Shown piece by piece: positions 13,832 to 27,337 of a stretch of 64,000 bases of DNA (the first letter of the stretch is position 1; every line of letters begins with the position of its first letter). Source of the stretch: Seison nebaliae. Taxonomy: Eukaryota. The stretch spans positions 62,001 through 126,000 of the forward strand of contig JALJEE010000927.1 in the NCBI GenBank assembly GCA_023231475.1, read 5' to 3'. A model generated the notes under the pieces. The model saw only the letters and a list, made by a program, of their open reading frames with translations. It did not search any database and was not told the origin of the DNA. The translations under genes and the position numbers were made by a program.

Positions 13832-14872
13832 ATGTTGCACGTGTGTTCACATTGTTCCAAGAGCTTCAATCGACCGTACTTGTTAAACGAGCATGTTTTA
13901 CACTTACATGAAAATAAAGTTTCACATTCTAAAATTTTCCAATATTTCATTTGAATTTTTATTCGATAGCGTGCTTTCCAATGTACGTATCCACAATGTT
14001 GTAAAAGTTATCGGAGACAGAAAGATTTGTATCAGCATGAAAGGACGTTCCATATAAGTGAAGATGAGACGGCATCGAACAAGGAGATGGTAGAGAGTTG
14101 TGGAATTAAAAAGAAAAGGAGAGCTCGATCATACAAATGTTATATACCTAATTGTAAAGAAATTTTTAAAACGAAAATTGATTTCCGGAAACATGTAAAC
14201 GAGAAGCATAATGATGAAGAGATTCCTCTTTCTGATATGAATGATCAACGAGAAGAGATTGAATCTGTAAAGTTAAAGAAAAGTTATGAATGTGACCGTT
14301 GTGAAAAGAAGTTCGTTAGTCTTTCTAAATGGAGTAGACATCGAGCAATTCATCACAATAAGATTTGTGAGCATTGTAAACACACTTTCAATTCCATCAA
14401 ATTACTCACCAAACATTTGAAAAAAGAACATGGAAGAATTGTTGAATGTAAAGATTGCGATAAAAAATTTCTTTCTAGTACATATCTCAAATCACATCAG
14501 AAACAAATTCATGAGAAAAATTCAAAATTCGTATGTGATAAATGTCAGCAAAAATTCAGTACTAGATCCGGATTAACGTCGCACGAACGATTTAAACATT
14601 CTCCGTTACTTAAATGTAATTTTAAAAGTTGTCCGGAAACTTTTTTAACTGAAAAATTATTAACAAATCATTTGACTAATCATCATTCTGATGAAAAATC
14701 GAACAATATATATCGATGTGTGATAGAAGATTGTGGTGCGAAATATTCTCATCGGTCTCAATTGAGTCTTCATGAAAGTTTCTTCTCATTTTTAACAATT
14801 TCAATAAATTCTTTATTATTTAAAGCCAAACATAAAAATGAGGAAAAGAAAGATTTAGAAAGTGCCAATTAA
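13832..14872 (+). CDS. C2H2 zinc-finger protein with nine fingers, TFIIIA-like
   Basis: Exon 1 (13832-13918, MLHVCSHCSKSFNRPYLLNEH) joins through intron 13919-13969. Removing intron 14778-14825 completes the ninth finger (H-E-T-K-H). Confidence 0.8.
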
Positions 14873-14875
14873 AAT

Positions 14876-15373
14876 TTAGGTAAATCGATGATATTGATAA
14901 GCCTTCTTCAGTTTATACCGATGATTCTGGAACCATATCTTTACTTGAGATGGATGAAGATCGATTTTTTTGGCAAGAACATCTCTCTCATTTGAGTTGA
15001 GATATTTCCGTTTTTCGAATTCAGTTTCCAATATCGAAATTTGTTGTTTTGTAAATAAAATTCTTCTTTTCTTATTCTTTTTCATAAGATCATTTTCATC
15101 ATTACAATCTCGTTTCAATTTATTTTTTTTCTCACTCAATTCTTCTTTCGAAACATCTTCTTCACTTTGATGATGATCGGTTGAAATAGATAGAGATGAA
15201 TTATTCGATTTCGACATTCTTCCATCATGATCAATCAAAATTTCGAATTGTTGTAAAAGTGACTCGTATAATTTATTCAAATAAATTTTATAGTCAATTA
15301 TCATCATTGATTTGTCAACTTTGTTATTAGGTTGGGGAGATTTCAGTAGATCATCGATTAAGAAAGTGCCCAT
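14876..15373 (-). CDS. NK2-class homeobox protein (NK2.1/2.2-like), single exon
   Basis: eh1/TN-like motif FLIDDLL; homeodomain KKRRILFTKQQ...QVKIWFQNHRYKLKK with the NK2-diagnostic Tyr54 (HRY). Confidence 0.9.
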   Translation of the reverse strand: MGTFLIDDLLKSPQPNNKVDKSMMIIDYKIYLNKLYESLLQQFEILIDHDGRMSKSNNSSLSISTDHHQSEEDVSKEELSEKKNKLKRDCNDENDLMKKNKKRRILFTKQQISILETEFEKRKYLNSNERDVLAKKIDLHPSQVKIWFQNHRYKLKKAYQYHRFT

Positions 15374-16622
15374 ATCAAATTAATTGACTTTTAACGAGGA
15401 TTATGTTACTTGAGAAATATGATTATCGAAGAAAGTTTCGATACATTTCTTACGTTTCTTCATTGATCAAATATTTTTCCTCAAAACACTACAACCAGAG
15501 ACGTTTAGAGAACTTTAATCATTCGAATAACTTAAGGGGAAATTCCAATTCTCCTTTAGGTGATATTCCAATGTTGTTTAATGATGAAATAATTCAAAAT
15601 TGCGATAATTCGACTTATGATGTCATGAAATTTCTTCAAAATTTTTCCCTCCTCAAGGAATCTACTTCTCACTCAAAATTATGTTTATTGTTTTTTCTTC
15701 TCCAATCAATCAACTCATTAATTTCCTGAAAAATACCATGTCAAACTAAAAGTTAACTATTTGACAGTTAACTCATAATTAAATACTAATGATTGGAAAA
15801 ACTTACAAATTTCAACATATATAAGAGACTTGATTATTTACCAATTATTTTTTAACAATTTCGATTCCTCGTCAATTGATAGTATCTTTATTGTAGAACA
15901 TTTTGATAAGAAATTAAGCTATAATAATGTGTTTCTCGTAAAATTTTCCTGAGGTTCAACTTGAATTTTGATTTCAAAAATTTTTATTCTATTTAAAACT
16001 TCTTTAAAATAATTTTGAAAATTTTAAAATTGAAAAATTGAAACTTATTAACTGTCAAAAAGTTTATGTAGGTATGAGGAAGTAGTGTTTGAAGAAGTTG
16101 TGTCGGTATTATTCTTTTCAATTAAAGCCAATGAAATAATAGTTTATTCTTTATTCTATTGTACACGTACATACAACCTTTTAACAGCAAATATAGTTTT
16201 GGAAACAATTATTTTCATCAACACTTACGAATAACAAATTCACATAGAAATTCCTCCAATTTTAGGAAATAGTACAGTGTACCGCTTTTGCCACTCCTTC
16301 TACATACATTTATGTACATGTACAATAATCGCCATATGTGTGGAAATTATCGGTTTTTTTGGAAGATGTAACATAATAAGCTAAGAAAGTAATGGAAAGC
16401 TTAAAATTTAAAAGGAAGAATGAAGGATATTATTGAGAGAATTATTGTGGAACAAATTCTTTAAACATTATTACGACGAATAAATGTACGATCTATGTTC
16501 GATCTTTTATTATGTTTTTATGTTCATTTCCCCTTTCCTCTAGTACTTCTCCTCATTTTTATAAATTCATTATTGGCAAATAATTTTCTTTACCATTTAA
16601 CTCTATTAGAATTCATTGTTAG

Positions 16623-17042
<420 letters not shown>

Positions 17043-17501
17043 ATAACAAAAATATAATATGTTTTTCAATTTAAAATTCCAAACATAAATATTTTACTTG
17101 ATGATTTGGAACATTTCTGTAATTTTCTTATGAATAATCTTACAATTAAAAATTTTTTTTCTTTGTAATTTGTGTCTATATTTTAATTTCATTAGTATAA
17201 AAAAAACAAAAAATTTATTTTCTTTTTCTTTGCCTTTTACACTAATTGTTTTCTTCCTGATCTCCAAGTAAAATCTTTCTCTTTTCTTTTTAATTAAACG
17301 AAATCAACATTTTTTCTCAAACAAAATTTATTTAAACTTACAAATTATATTAAACTAAAATAACTTAGTATTTTGGAATTTAATGACTACGAACAGAATG
17401 ATTGAATAATGCTTTACATGAGAATAAGGTGAGAAAGAAAGTTTAATAAATTTTATAATTATTTATTTTTAATGAAACGGTCACAAATAGTCAAATAGAG
17501 A

Positions 17502-18844
17502 TTATGTTGAAAAGATCGATTTCTTTTGTTTGACAACAGTTTCAGCATGTGGATTCAATTTGTATAGAATATTTTTCTTCTTTAATGGATTTCTCTTTGC
17601 TACTTTTCGTTTCTGAATTCTAATAGGTGCTCGAAGTACTGATTGGATCTCATCCGAATTCAATAATTTGCTCAAATCAGTACAATCCATCTTTGGACGA
17701 ATTAATCTGTAAAAATTGGAATAAGTAAAATAAATAAATGTGTTGAGGGAAAAGAACTTGTAATTTTTCTTTTGACTTGTATTCTCTTTTGGAGTTCCAT
17801 ATAATTCATCCAATTTCTTTGCAGCATTTTCTGTCCAAATCACAAATCGTCCAACGTGACCACCTGGAGCCAATTTCAAAATGTTTAATCTGTCAACAGA
17901 AATGACAGATACACCAGGAATATTGCGGAAAGCTTTCACAATACCCGAATTCTTTTCATAGACGACTAATGGTCCTTTCTTCATTAACCAACGACGATTT
18001 CGATATTTACCTTTACCTGGTCGCATACGCTTTGTTAAGATTGCTCGTTTGACATCTCGGAAAGCTTGTAATTTTCTCAATAATTGAACAGCTTCTTTCG
18101 TTTTCGTCATTTCTTCAACTGAATTGTCGACTACTAAAGGCATTTCTGGTATTTTTTCGATACGATGTCCTTTCGCCAAAACTAATGACGGTACGGCCGA
18201 TGCTGAAATCGCTGATGTGATTGCATGACGTCGTTGATCGACATTAATTCTACGATGCCATCGTCTCCATGTTCTAGTTGGTGCGAACATTCTTCCACCA
18301 CGACACATGTTTCCATAAGCTGCTTGACCGGAACGATGAGTTCCACCTCCTCGAACACGTGGAATACGTGCAACAGCACGTCCAGTTCCCCAAGATTCTG
18401 CGCTTGTCTGATGACCTTTAAAAAGAAAAAAAAAGAATTACAAATGAGGATTTGGAGGAGAGATAAAATGGAAGATAATAAAAGTAGAAATATAATCAGA
18501 AGTGGTACAGGTTTTCGTCATAACATAATTCAGTAACACGGACCAAAAAAATCATCATATATTTAATGAAAGAGAAGATTGATAAGAGTATGTGAGAACC
18601 TGCTTTCTTGCTGACTGCGTACGGTTGTCTCGTATTCTTCATAACTTCCCAATGAACGAATTGAACAATATCAGTTCGGATCGGCGTTTTGAAAACGCCT
18701 GGCATCTCAATTGAATTCTCATTGAGTAGCCCCGTCTTATTATAGACTCCAACATATGCTTTTGTCGCCTTATTAAAGATACAAGAATATTTGGAGAAAG
18801 ATACAATATAGAAATAACTCAAAAGATTTAGAATTACTAACCAT
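17502..18844 (-). CDS. RPL4: 60S ribosomal protein L4 (uL4), 344 aa
   Basis: ATG-only exon 18844-18842; introns 18841-18769, 18599-18416, 17757-17707; motifs [22 protein letters not shown] and [11 protein letters not shown]. Confidence 0.96.
18488..18564 (-). ncRNA. SNORD18: Box C/D snoRNA, U18/SNORD18 family, in RPL4 intron 2
   Basis: Minus strand: stem AAATAT, box C ATGATGA (18558-18552), guide TTGGTCCGTGTT-A, D' CTGA (18533-18530), C' ATGACGA, D CTGA (18499-18496), closing ATATTT. The guide is complementary to the conserved LSU rRNA sequence AACACGGACCAA. Confidence 0.88.
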
Positions 18845-21800
18845 CTCCCTTGAAATAGTAGGAAAACTCTTGTTGTTTAACTACACGATATGTAAGTAAA
18901 CTTTTCAAATTGAAATTTAATTTATATCATATCTTACATCAAGTATAATTTCTTTACAAAAAATAGTTCACAATATACAATTAAATTTTAGGCGTTATCA
19001 TGGAAATCAAAATTCAAATTTCATATAATTTTTATGTTATTTTAATGAAAACTATTTTAAATTGTGTAATGTCTAAATTTGTTCAAATTTTTCTTCTTCT
19101 GTTCAATATTAAATTTTGGCTCTATTTTAAAAAATGTTGAGTTTACCTTAAATTCTGTTTAACGTTCGATATAGATGTATAAGATATACGATATTTAACT
19201 ATTAAAAATGAATAATGATTTATGTAAATTATTAATTGTTTGGAAATTCCATATGATTCCTCCAACGTCAAATTGATATGTGAATAAAGGATCAGATATT
19301 TTCAGTTTTTGATGACCCTTCGAGAATATAGAATGAAACTATCATAATTTATTCAATAAATCAAATGGTAAGGACATGTAAAGTCGTGATACATGACTGT
19401 ATAATGTCTAGTATTGATATTTTTAATTATTAAATTGTCATAAGGTCAACGGAAAGGAAGAGAAATGGTAGAACGAATAAAAAATATCGATGAACTACAT
19501 TTTCATGATAACCGATGAATGTTCAATTGTTAACCGGTTGCTACGTAGTCAGTTAAAGGAAGAATGAAGGAATTAGAGGGAATTCTTAAGTTTCAAACGG
19601 AGAAGTTAATTATTGTTTTGATCTGTGATAGGAATGATTATGTTAAAAATTGCTTGTCAATACCAAATGCCAGTTAATGATGTCGTTAGGAATGATCGAG
19701 AAATGTTTCTCTCAGAATTCTTTATATTTAGTTAAACAGCTAACGGAAATAAATTGGAATTTGACATTTACTTCCAGAATTTGATATTTAATTAATTTTT
19801 CTGCTATTTCAAATGAAACTTTGTTGGATTGACCATTTTCATTCATGACTTTTCAAGATGTCACTTGAAGTTGAAATAACGAAATTTGATAATAAACTAT
19901 TTGCTAATTGAAATCTGAATAAAAACGTACGATAAGAACATATTTTCTTCCCATAAAAGATGATATATTTCTCATTTGATTCAAATTGATATTTATCATA
20001 AATTTTCTATTTCTCTGATAAGAGATGTTGTTGTTCTTAATAGGAACTTCTTCTTTTAATGATAGATGGAAAGAATGATGATTCATCATTGATGAAGATT
20101 CAAATAACGATTATTTCTCAATTAATCTGAATTGATGCATGAACTATATCGTTATGATGATCTTATTGATCGATATTCCCATATAGCAATAGTTAAACAT
20201 TACAAACAAGAATAACAATAACATTAACAGAAATAATTATTTCGTCATTGTGGAGAATTTCCAATTTTGCTCTATTTAATTTTTTTAGTTATATTTTCTG
20301 CTTATATACATTAGCCATATGTAACGTATGAAAGTATGGCAATTCTCTCAATATAGTTTTATTATTTGAAAATATTCCTTTTGAAGAACATTGTTCTTTT
20401 GAGAAAATATTGGAAATAGAAAAGAATGTTCCTTCCGAAGAAATATTAAGAAGTAAAGAATATTGTCAAAGAATATTTTTCGTATACGAATATTCTTCAT
20501 AAAGAAAAAAAATGTTCTATCGAAACAATATGAAAAAGTAAATGTTATAGGAAAGAAATCGATAATCGATTTTTATTCTTTTGATTGTTTCTTCAGTTAG
20601 GGAATATTATACAAAGAATTATAACCGTTAACTTGAGAAGAATTTAAATGACGATTTCTATATTAACCTATCGATATTAGTAGTAGTAGTTAAGTAGAGA
20701 ATGTATCTTTGTAAAACCTGACCGGAAATCGATGGGAAAAAGAAGAGAATTATATATGAAAATATTTATTCAGTACTTCTTCCTCTTTCACGTACTGTAC
20801 ATATGTATAATTTTTCCATTAGAAAAGAATGTATAATATACATTGTATATATTGATCAATTCATTTTCTTCGTACCAGTTTGTCACCTGACATTATGGTA
20901 CTGCTACGTCTACAATATTAATTAAAATTGTGGGATTTTCATCTCATATTGTTTGCTTAACTTCAACTATTATTGATATTAAATTTCGTATTCTGACAGG
21001 TTTTTTTTCTTCTCCCATTTCTTCTGGTTCTTTCGAGAAACCGCTAATAGTTTAACTTTTCATTCTATCTCTATAAATTAATGATTTCACGCAAGAAATC
21101 TTTTTATAATCAGGTACGATGGTTAGATTTAATTTGAAAGTAAATAGCATCTAATGATGTCATTAACATCTTATTCTTAATCATTCAAGACATTTAATTT
21201 AATTTCTCCCAACTATAAAACAATTGTTTTTATACCACAATGTTTATAGTATTTTTTCATTCAATCATTCCATAATTGTTAGAAATTATATGACGGAGAA
21301 AAAAGATCTTGATTCGAACTGATTGTAAATCAAGAAAGTAAAGGAACGAGTTAAATAACTTGTGTTTGGACTTGTGTGGAAATTCTCAATATTTGAAGAA
21401 TTTCTCCTTGATTTATCAAATAAATGTCTACATCGATTCAATCGATTCCATATCCAACGTTTATGTGTTGTTGTCTTTTTTTCTTTTTCTTTTGCCATAA
21501 TACGTCGTAGTTTAGTTAGGAGGTCGTTTATGAAATAGTACTAAATAATAGTAGTAGTAATAATGAGAGTGGAAGGATGAAATTAGTTCTCGCCACCGAA
21601 AAATGTTGACAATGGAATTAAATGTAATTATCCGTCTCTTATCATCTCGTCTATTATCTTCATTCTTGATATATTAATGTGATTGAAAAAAAGATATAAC
21701 ATTAATCTCTTGAATGGTGATGGTTGTGGAGAAATATTTCGATAAAGAAAATTTTTGCCTTTCCACCAAATTTGTTAGTTTTTTAACTCCACCGTCATCT

Positions 21801-22124
21801 CACGTAACTAACGTTAATTCTACTCATTATTAACAAACAGAGAATCGCATTTTTCACAGATACATTTGTTAATTCATTCTTATCTTGTTATAAATTAAGA
21901 TACAATACTAATTTAAACGGTTAGAAAACCGATAGAAAGTTTGGATGTAAATAAATTATGATTATTTGAACGATTTTTATTTATTTTCCAGTTTATTTTA
22001 CAATTAATTATTTTAATAATATTCACGTTGGACGTAATCAATTATGGATAGAAAACTTTTTTGAGAAAAACAAACATTCATGTAGTCTTCCATTAACTGT
22101 ACTCGTGAAATAATTAAATAAAAT

Positions 22125-25100
22125 ATGTGGTCGAAATTTATGAGAATTGGACAGACAGCTGTGAAATACACATTTGTTGTCACGGTAACCTCATTAGAAT
22201 TGGAATTGAATGACGTCAAATGGTTTCCTTTCTTCAATTCATTCGATATTATTTATTTGTTCTTCTCATTCATTCCATATTCACATCTGGTACATTAGTT
22301 CGTCACATCTGTTTAGTAATCAAGAGAATCATATTGAAATCATTTGGAAAAGAAATCATCGACGAATAATCGCTGAGTCTTCTTTACTCAATGGAGAATT
22401 GAAAGAATGTATTTATTGTTTTGAAAATTTTCCCAAAATTATATTCGAAACTGAAGTTACTCTATACAAATCATCATCTGGAACAAACGGTTTTCATTTT
22501 ACGACAGCTCGATGAACTGTAAAATATGTTCATTTCAGAATATTCCGACAAAATCTGGTCGCTTGTTATCGAACATGTTAATGAAAAAAGAAAACCGATA
22601 GCAGTCGGAGAGTTAAATTTAGGTGCAATCGTCAATAAAATGAAAGAATTGAATATGAAAGAATTGGAAGATCAATTAAATGAATATGAATCCATCAATG
22701 ATATACCAGATGATGTTGCTGATCGAATTGAAAGTTAGTTATAAATTTTCCTTTAAATTTTCTTCCGTCACATATCTTGTTTACATTCTCATCTCTATTA
22801 CAGACACTCTGTAACATAAACAGATAATTAATTATTTGAGGAAATTAGTTGAATTATTTATCAAAAAATTTCTATGGAACATTGTTTAAAATAGAAGTTC
22901 TTGAACTAATTTCTTCATCTACTTTTTTATACATGTTCCAATTATAATCTTTTCATTTTTTATCGATTTTTAAAACATGTCTTGGTAATTTTTGTTGAAC
23001 AGATTCATTGAATAATTTGAAGGACCAGAATATTTCATTAAAATCGTTGTCATCGAAAATCAAATGCGGAAATCTTTCTTATGACATTTCTTACGAAAAG
23101 ATAAAAGAAGGAAGTGTATTGTTTGTCGTTATTTCTTGGCAATTGAATAATTTATCTTTTTTGAATTTTTGATTCAATTTCCTCCAATTGACAAATGTGA
23201 TTGTTGATTATACGTACAGCGATTTTATTAGTCTGTCAAGTGAAATATCAGAAAAATTAGATGGGAATCAGTCAGACTACGATACAACATCATTGAATCG
23301 TTACCAGGTAACAGATCAACAAACGATTTCATCATACGTCGACAAGAAATTAGATTCGAGATCAATTCCTAAAGTGTATGATGGAGGTAGTGAAGAGGTG
23401 ATTGAGGATAAAATGGGGAAAAATTCATCTGAAATAAATAGAATTGCAAAATTAAAATATGAGATTCACAAGAGAAATTTTATTTCAGCGAATCATCCTC
23501 TTTCTGTCATCAAGCCAGATGTCAGTATTCATTCAGATTCTGGTTTGGATGTTACAAAATTAACTGATGATATTTCACCTCATCCATCCTCCATTTCACC
23601 AAATGATCGTCCGAATATTCTAAATGAATTTAATAGTAAATATACAATCGAATCAGAAGAAATTTCACCACCTACTTCAATTGATCGTTACAATCGAACC
23701 ACTCACCATCACTACAACAACAACAATAATAATAACATCATATACAACAACAACATCATGAACAATAACAACAACATCACAAAGGACATCGACGAGAAAA
23801 AGAAAGATCAACATTTGAAAGAAATGAATTCGCATCATCAAATTGGAATAAATTCGGAGAATCATCGAGAAATTGATGAGTTATATGCGAAACCATATTT
23901 TCGTTTCGATTCATTGACATATACTCAACTGCGAAAGGATAAGGAACTGGAAGTTCGTCATAGAAGACAATTGAAGTCTTTAAAAGAGAAAGAAGAAGAA
24001 TTGTCACAAGAATTGAAAGAAGTGAGAGAGAAGGGAAGAGAGGAAAAAGAGAAAATAGAAATTTATGAAACTTTTAAACAAATAAGAATAAACGATGTGA
24101 ACGTTGAACCGCTTATCCTTACCTTCAACGATGGATTGAACTCAAATGAAAAGAATAGCCCCTCCGTCTATCTTAGTGCGAGTGAAGAGAAAAAGGAAAT
24201 GAATGAAAAATTAACTCATGAGGAGAAAGAAGATGATGAAAGTAAATTATTATTGTCATTCAGATCTCTAGATACTGAAAATATATCAGATTTCGAAACG
24301 ATTTATGCTGAGACATCTGAATGTGATTCATTTAAAGTTTTAGAAAAGAAACAAAAAAGGAAAGAAATTCCGAAAATCACAAAGCGTAGATTAGCACCCA
24401 AACCACCAACTCCATTTACTCCAACTCCATCTCCATCTCCATCCCCAGCTACCTATTTAAGAAATCGTCTTCAATTACCTCCTCCTACACAAAAAACTGA
24501 AATAGTTGAATCGCAGAAACGATTGACAGACAGTCATAGAGCTCAATCGATAGCGTCATCCAGAAATTCGATTCTGAATAATAAACTTTGCAGAGAACCG
24601 AGAATTTTAAGGAAGAAAATGAATTTTGATGAATTAGACTCGTTTGACGAACGAAGTCAGAATTATCGAGCATTATTATTGGAATGGTGTAAAAATCGAA
24701 CAAAAAATCGGAAGAATATTTTACTCGTCGACTTTACCAATTCATGGCATAATGGTTTGGCATTATGTGCCATTGTCTTATCGGCCCATCCTGACCTTTA
24801 TTCTTATGAAAATTTGAAGAATGATGAAATCGAAGAAAATTTCGATTTAGCTCATCAAATCATTTCTAAAATTTATCGAATCAAAATTAATATATTCGAC
24901 AAAAATGGTCAATTTTCATCTGAACGACTCATAAGATTATTATCCGAATTAAGAACTTCTATCATAATGGAAGAGGAAGAGAAGAAGATAGATAAAGAAC
25001 GGGAAAAAGCGCTTCTACAAGATTTCCCCTCATATATTAATCCAGTTTTGAAACCGAGTCGATCACCATCAATCCAACTACCAAAGAGACCTGCTCCACC

Positions 25101-26288
25101 ACCACCTGTACCCATACCACCGCCATCAGTTCCAATTGAGTCATCAAATACCAATCAGACATCGGATACTCCAACAATCCTCAAATTTCCTGTAGTGCCG
25201 AAACTATCAGAAGTATATACGGAAACGATAAAACCTGAAAAAACGAGTAAAAAGAAATTCCTTTACAAAAAAGTAGATGAGACAAATGAAGATATCTCTA
25301 CAACAACAAGCGAAGTTAGTGTTCAACAAAAAACTTTTTTATTCAAAATTCCCTTTTTTCTAACATCACAATGGAAAAGATTGACTTTCTTTTAATGTTA
25401 AATGGCATAGTCCAAGTAACTTTACACAAAAATGATGCAGCCATCACTGGAATAATTTCCCGTACACATTCTTCGCTCTTCTCCTGTCTGGTCCTTAGGC
25501 AGAATGTTGAGATAATAAATACTTTTTAATATTTCGATTTCCTTAATTTCTCATATATTGCTTCGAACAAATTTCGTGCTATCACTCAATTCATTTGATT
25601 CAAATCTGAACTATTAAAAATATTGAATTGGTTAATTTCTTTTATTATTCTTTAGTTGGTCAATATTTGGGGAACGGTTATTACCAAAGTGATGATGTTA
25701 TCACCGAAAGAAATTCGTCCAATACTTCAACGAATTACATTATTCGAGGACAAAATGGAAGAAACTTACCAATATATTCGTTATTTATATTCCATATTTT
25801 TCAAATGTTCATTGGCGTTTTTTAGTTGATAATGTTCGAACATTAAACCATTCGGATAAGAAGAAAATTAGAAATGTCTTAGCGAAAAAATTTACTAGTT
25901 AACTTCTTCTTTGATCGATCCTTTTAAAGATTTATAAATTTAGAGAAAATGAGCAGTAGAAATATCAAAGCGTATAATATGATATCAAAAAAGGCTGAAA
26001 TCGAATATTCGAAAACATTAAAAAATGTCATATATGAATTGGAGTTTAGTCCTTTCTTTTCTTATTAAATTTTTATTTAATTTAGATCGCAAGTAACATC
26101 GATACGTATTCAATTAGATACAACAGAGGAAGAAGATTTTAGTGAAGATAAGATGAAGCGTCAAGAATTAATGTTGAACGAAACATCGGAGATGTTGAAA
26201 GCATATAAAGACTTACAGTTCTTTTTTTCTTGTTAATTTTTTTACAAATTTCTTTTTGTTTAGACATTTTTTTTCTGGTTCTTCCTAA
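22125..26288 (+). CDS. EHBP1: EHBP1-like protein (NT-C2, calponin-homology, C-terminal bMERB-like coiled coil)
   Basis: Starts MWSKFMRIGQTAVKYTF; EYSDKIWSLVIE; CH domain LLEWCK..FTNSWHNGLALCAIV. About 9 GTT..AG introns (e.g. 22490-22538, 22734-23002, 23121-23219, 25315-25655) give a continuous frame. The 3' exons are less certain. Confidence 0.8.
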
Positions 26289-27337
26289 TCCCTATAGTAG
26301 TAATCAGTTTACATCGTATTAACATGTATATCCGGTTTCGTTTGGCAAAACGTAATTATTCTCCGATTTCATTTTTCTTCCGATAAATACATCCATAACC
26401 TTACACCTTTAAAAGTAGTTAAAATTTTAAATTTATTTATTCTTCTCGATCTTGTTTTCATACTTGTAAGTCATCGTCTATAATATAACAACCAACATTT
26501 TAAAATACATATAAACATGTCATGTGCAACATGGAATGTGACGACAAGAAAATTTGCTTTATTAACATTTCTTTCAACGATTCTTACAGGAAGATGTCTG
26601 AAAGAAGAAGAAATGGATGAAAAATATTATAGTTGCGATTATTATCAACTAGTTCATATCCCTTTGGGAAAAATAAAAGTCAGTCGTTTGTTCTTATTTG
26701 AAAATTGAAAATAAGATGAACGATTTCTATAGAGACGTAATTCGGATTGTAATTGTTTGTCTAACTCTTGACAAGGAAATAACCTAATACGTTCTAAACT
26801 CCAAAAAAACCGAGTATAATTACATGTTGGTCACTATACACTGTGTTTCATAAATTGTGGAACATAGGAAATCCCAGGAAAATAAACTTCAAAAAAAATT
26901 TCATAAATTGTGAGTTAATATATCTTTATGCAATTATCTGACTGCTTGGCTTTAATCTGTAGACAGTAATTGTCTTTATCTGTAAAGTCAAATTTATTGA
27001 GAACATTGACTGGGCCAGTTTTCTAATGATAAATTGTAACAGTTTCCTCTTCCTACTCTTCAAATAATTATAGACTAATTTCTGGTGAACATCAATTTTT
27101 AATATGAGCTAAAACAAGGTTAAAATGAAAACTTGTACTATGTTAAGGAAATTTGTGCGGTTTTAATAAATGGGTTTGGGTTCAATTTGTATGTACAAAA
27201 TTAATAATTTATAATAAGTTATATTTAAGGTTTTATAATTTAAGGAATAAAATTTTAAGTTAGAATAAAATACTACAAATAAATGTTTCATATTTGTATA
27301 TAATTTACTAGTAGAAGAATATAATGTACCAATATTA

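Noticed and set aside
17200..17520. RPL4 C-terminal truncation or a non-canonical last intron
   Set aside because: The spliced protein is 344 aa, within the normal invertebrate uL4 range, so no extra exon is needed.
19000..22100. Gene built from ORFs 21286-21498 and 19904-20089
   Set aside because: I could not build a convincing spliced frame or recognise any homology.
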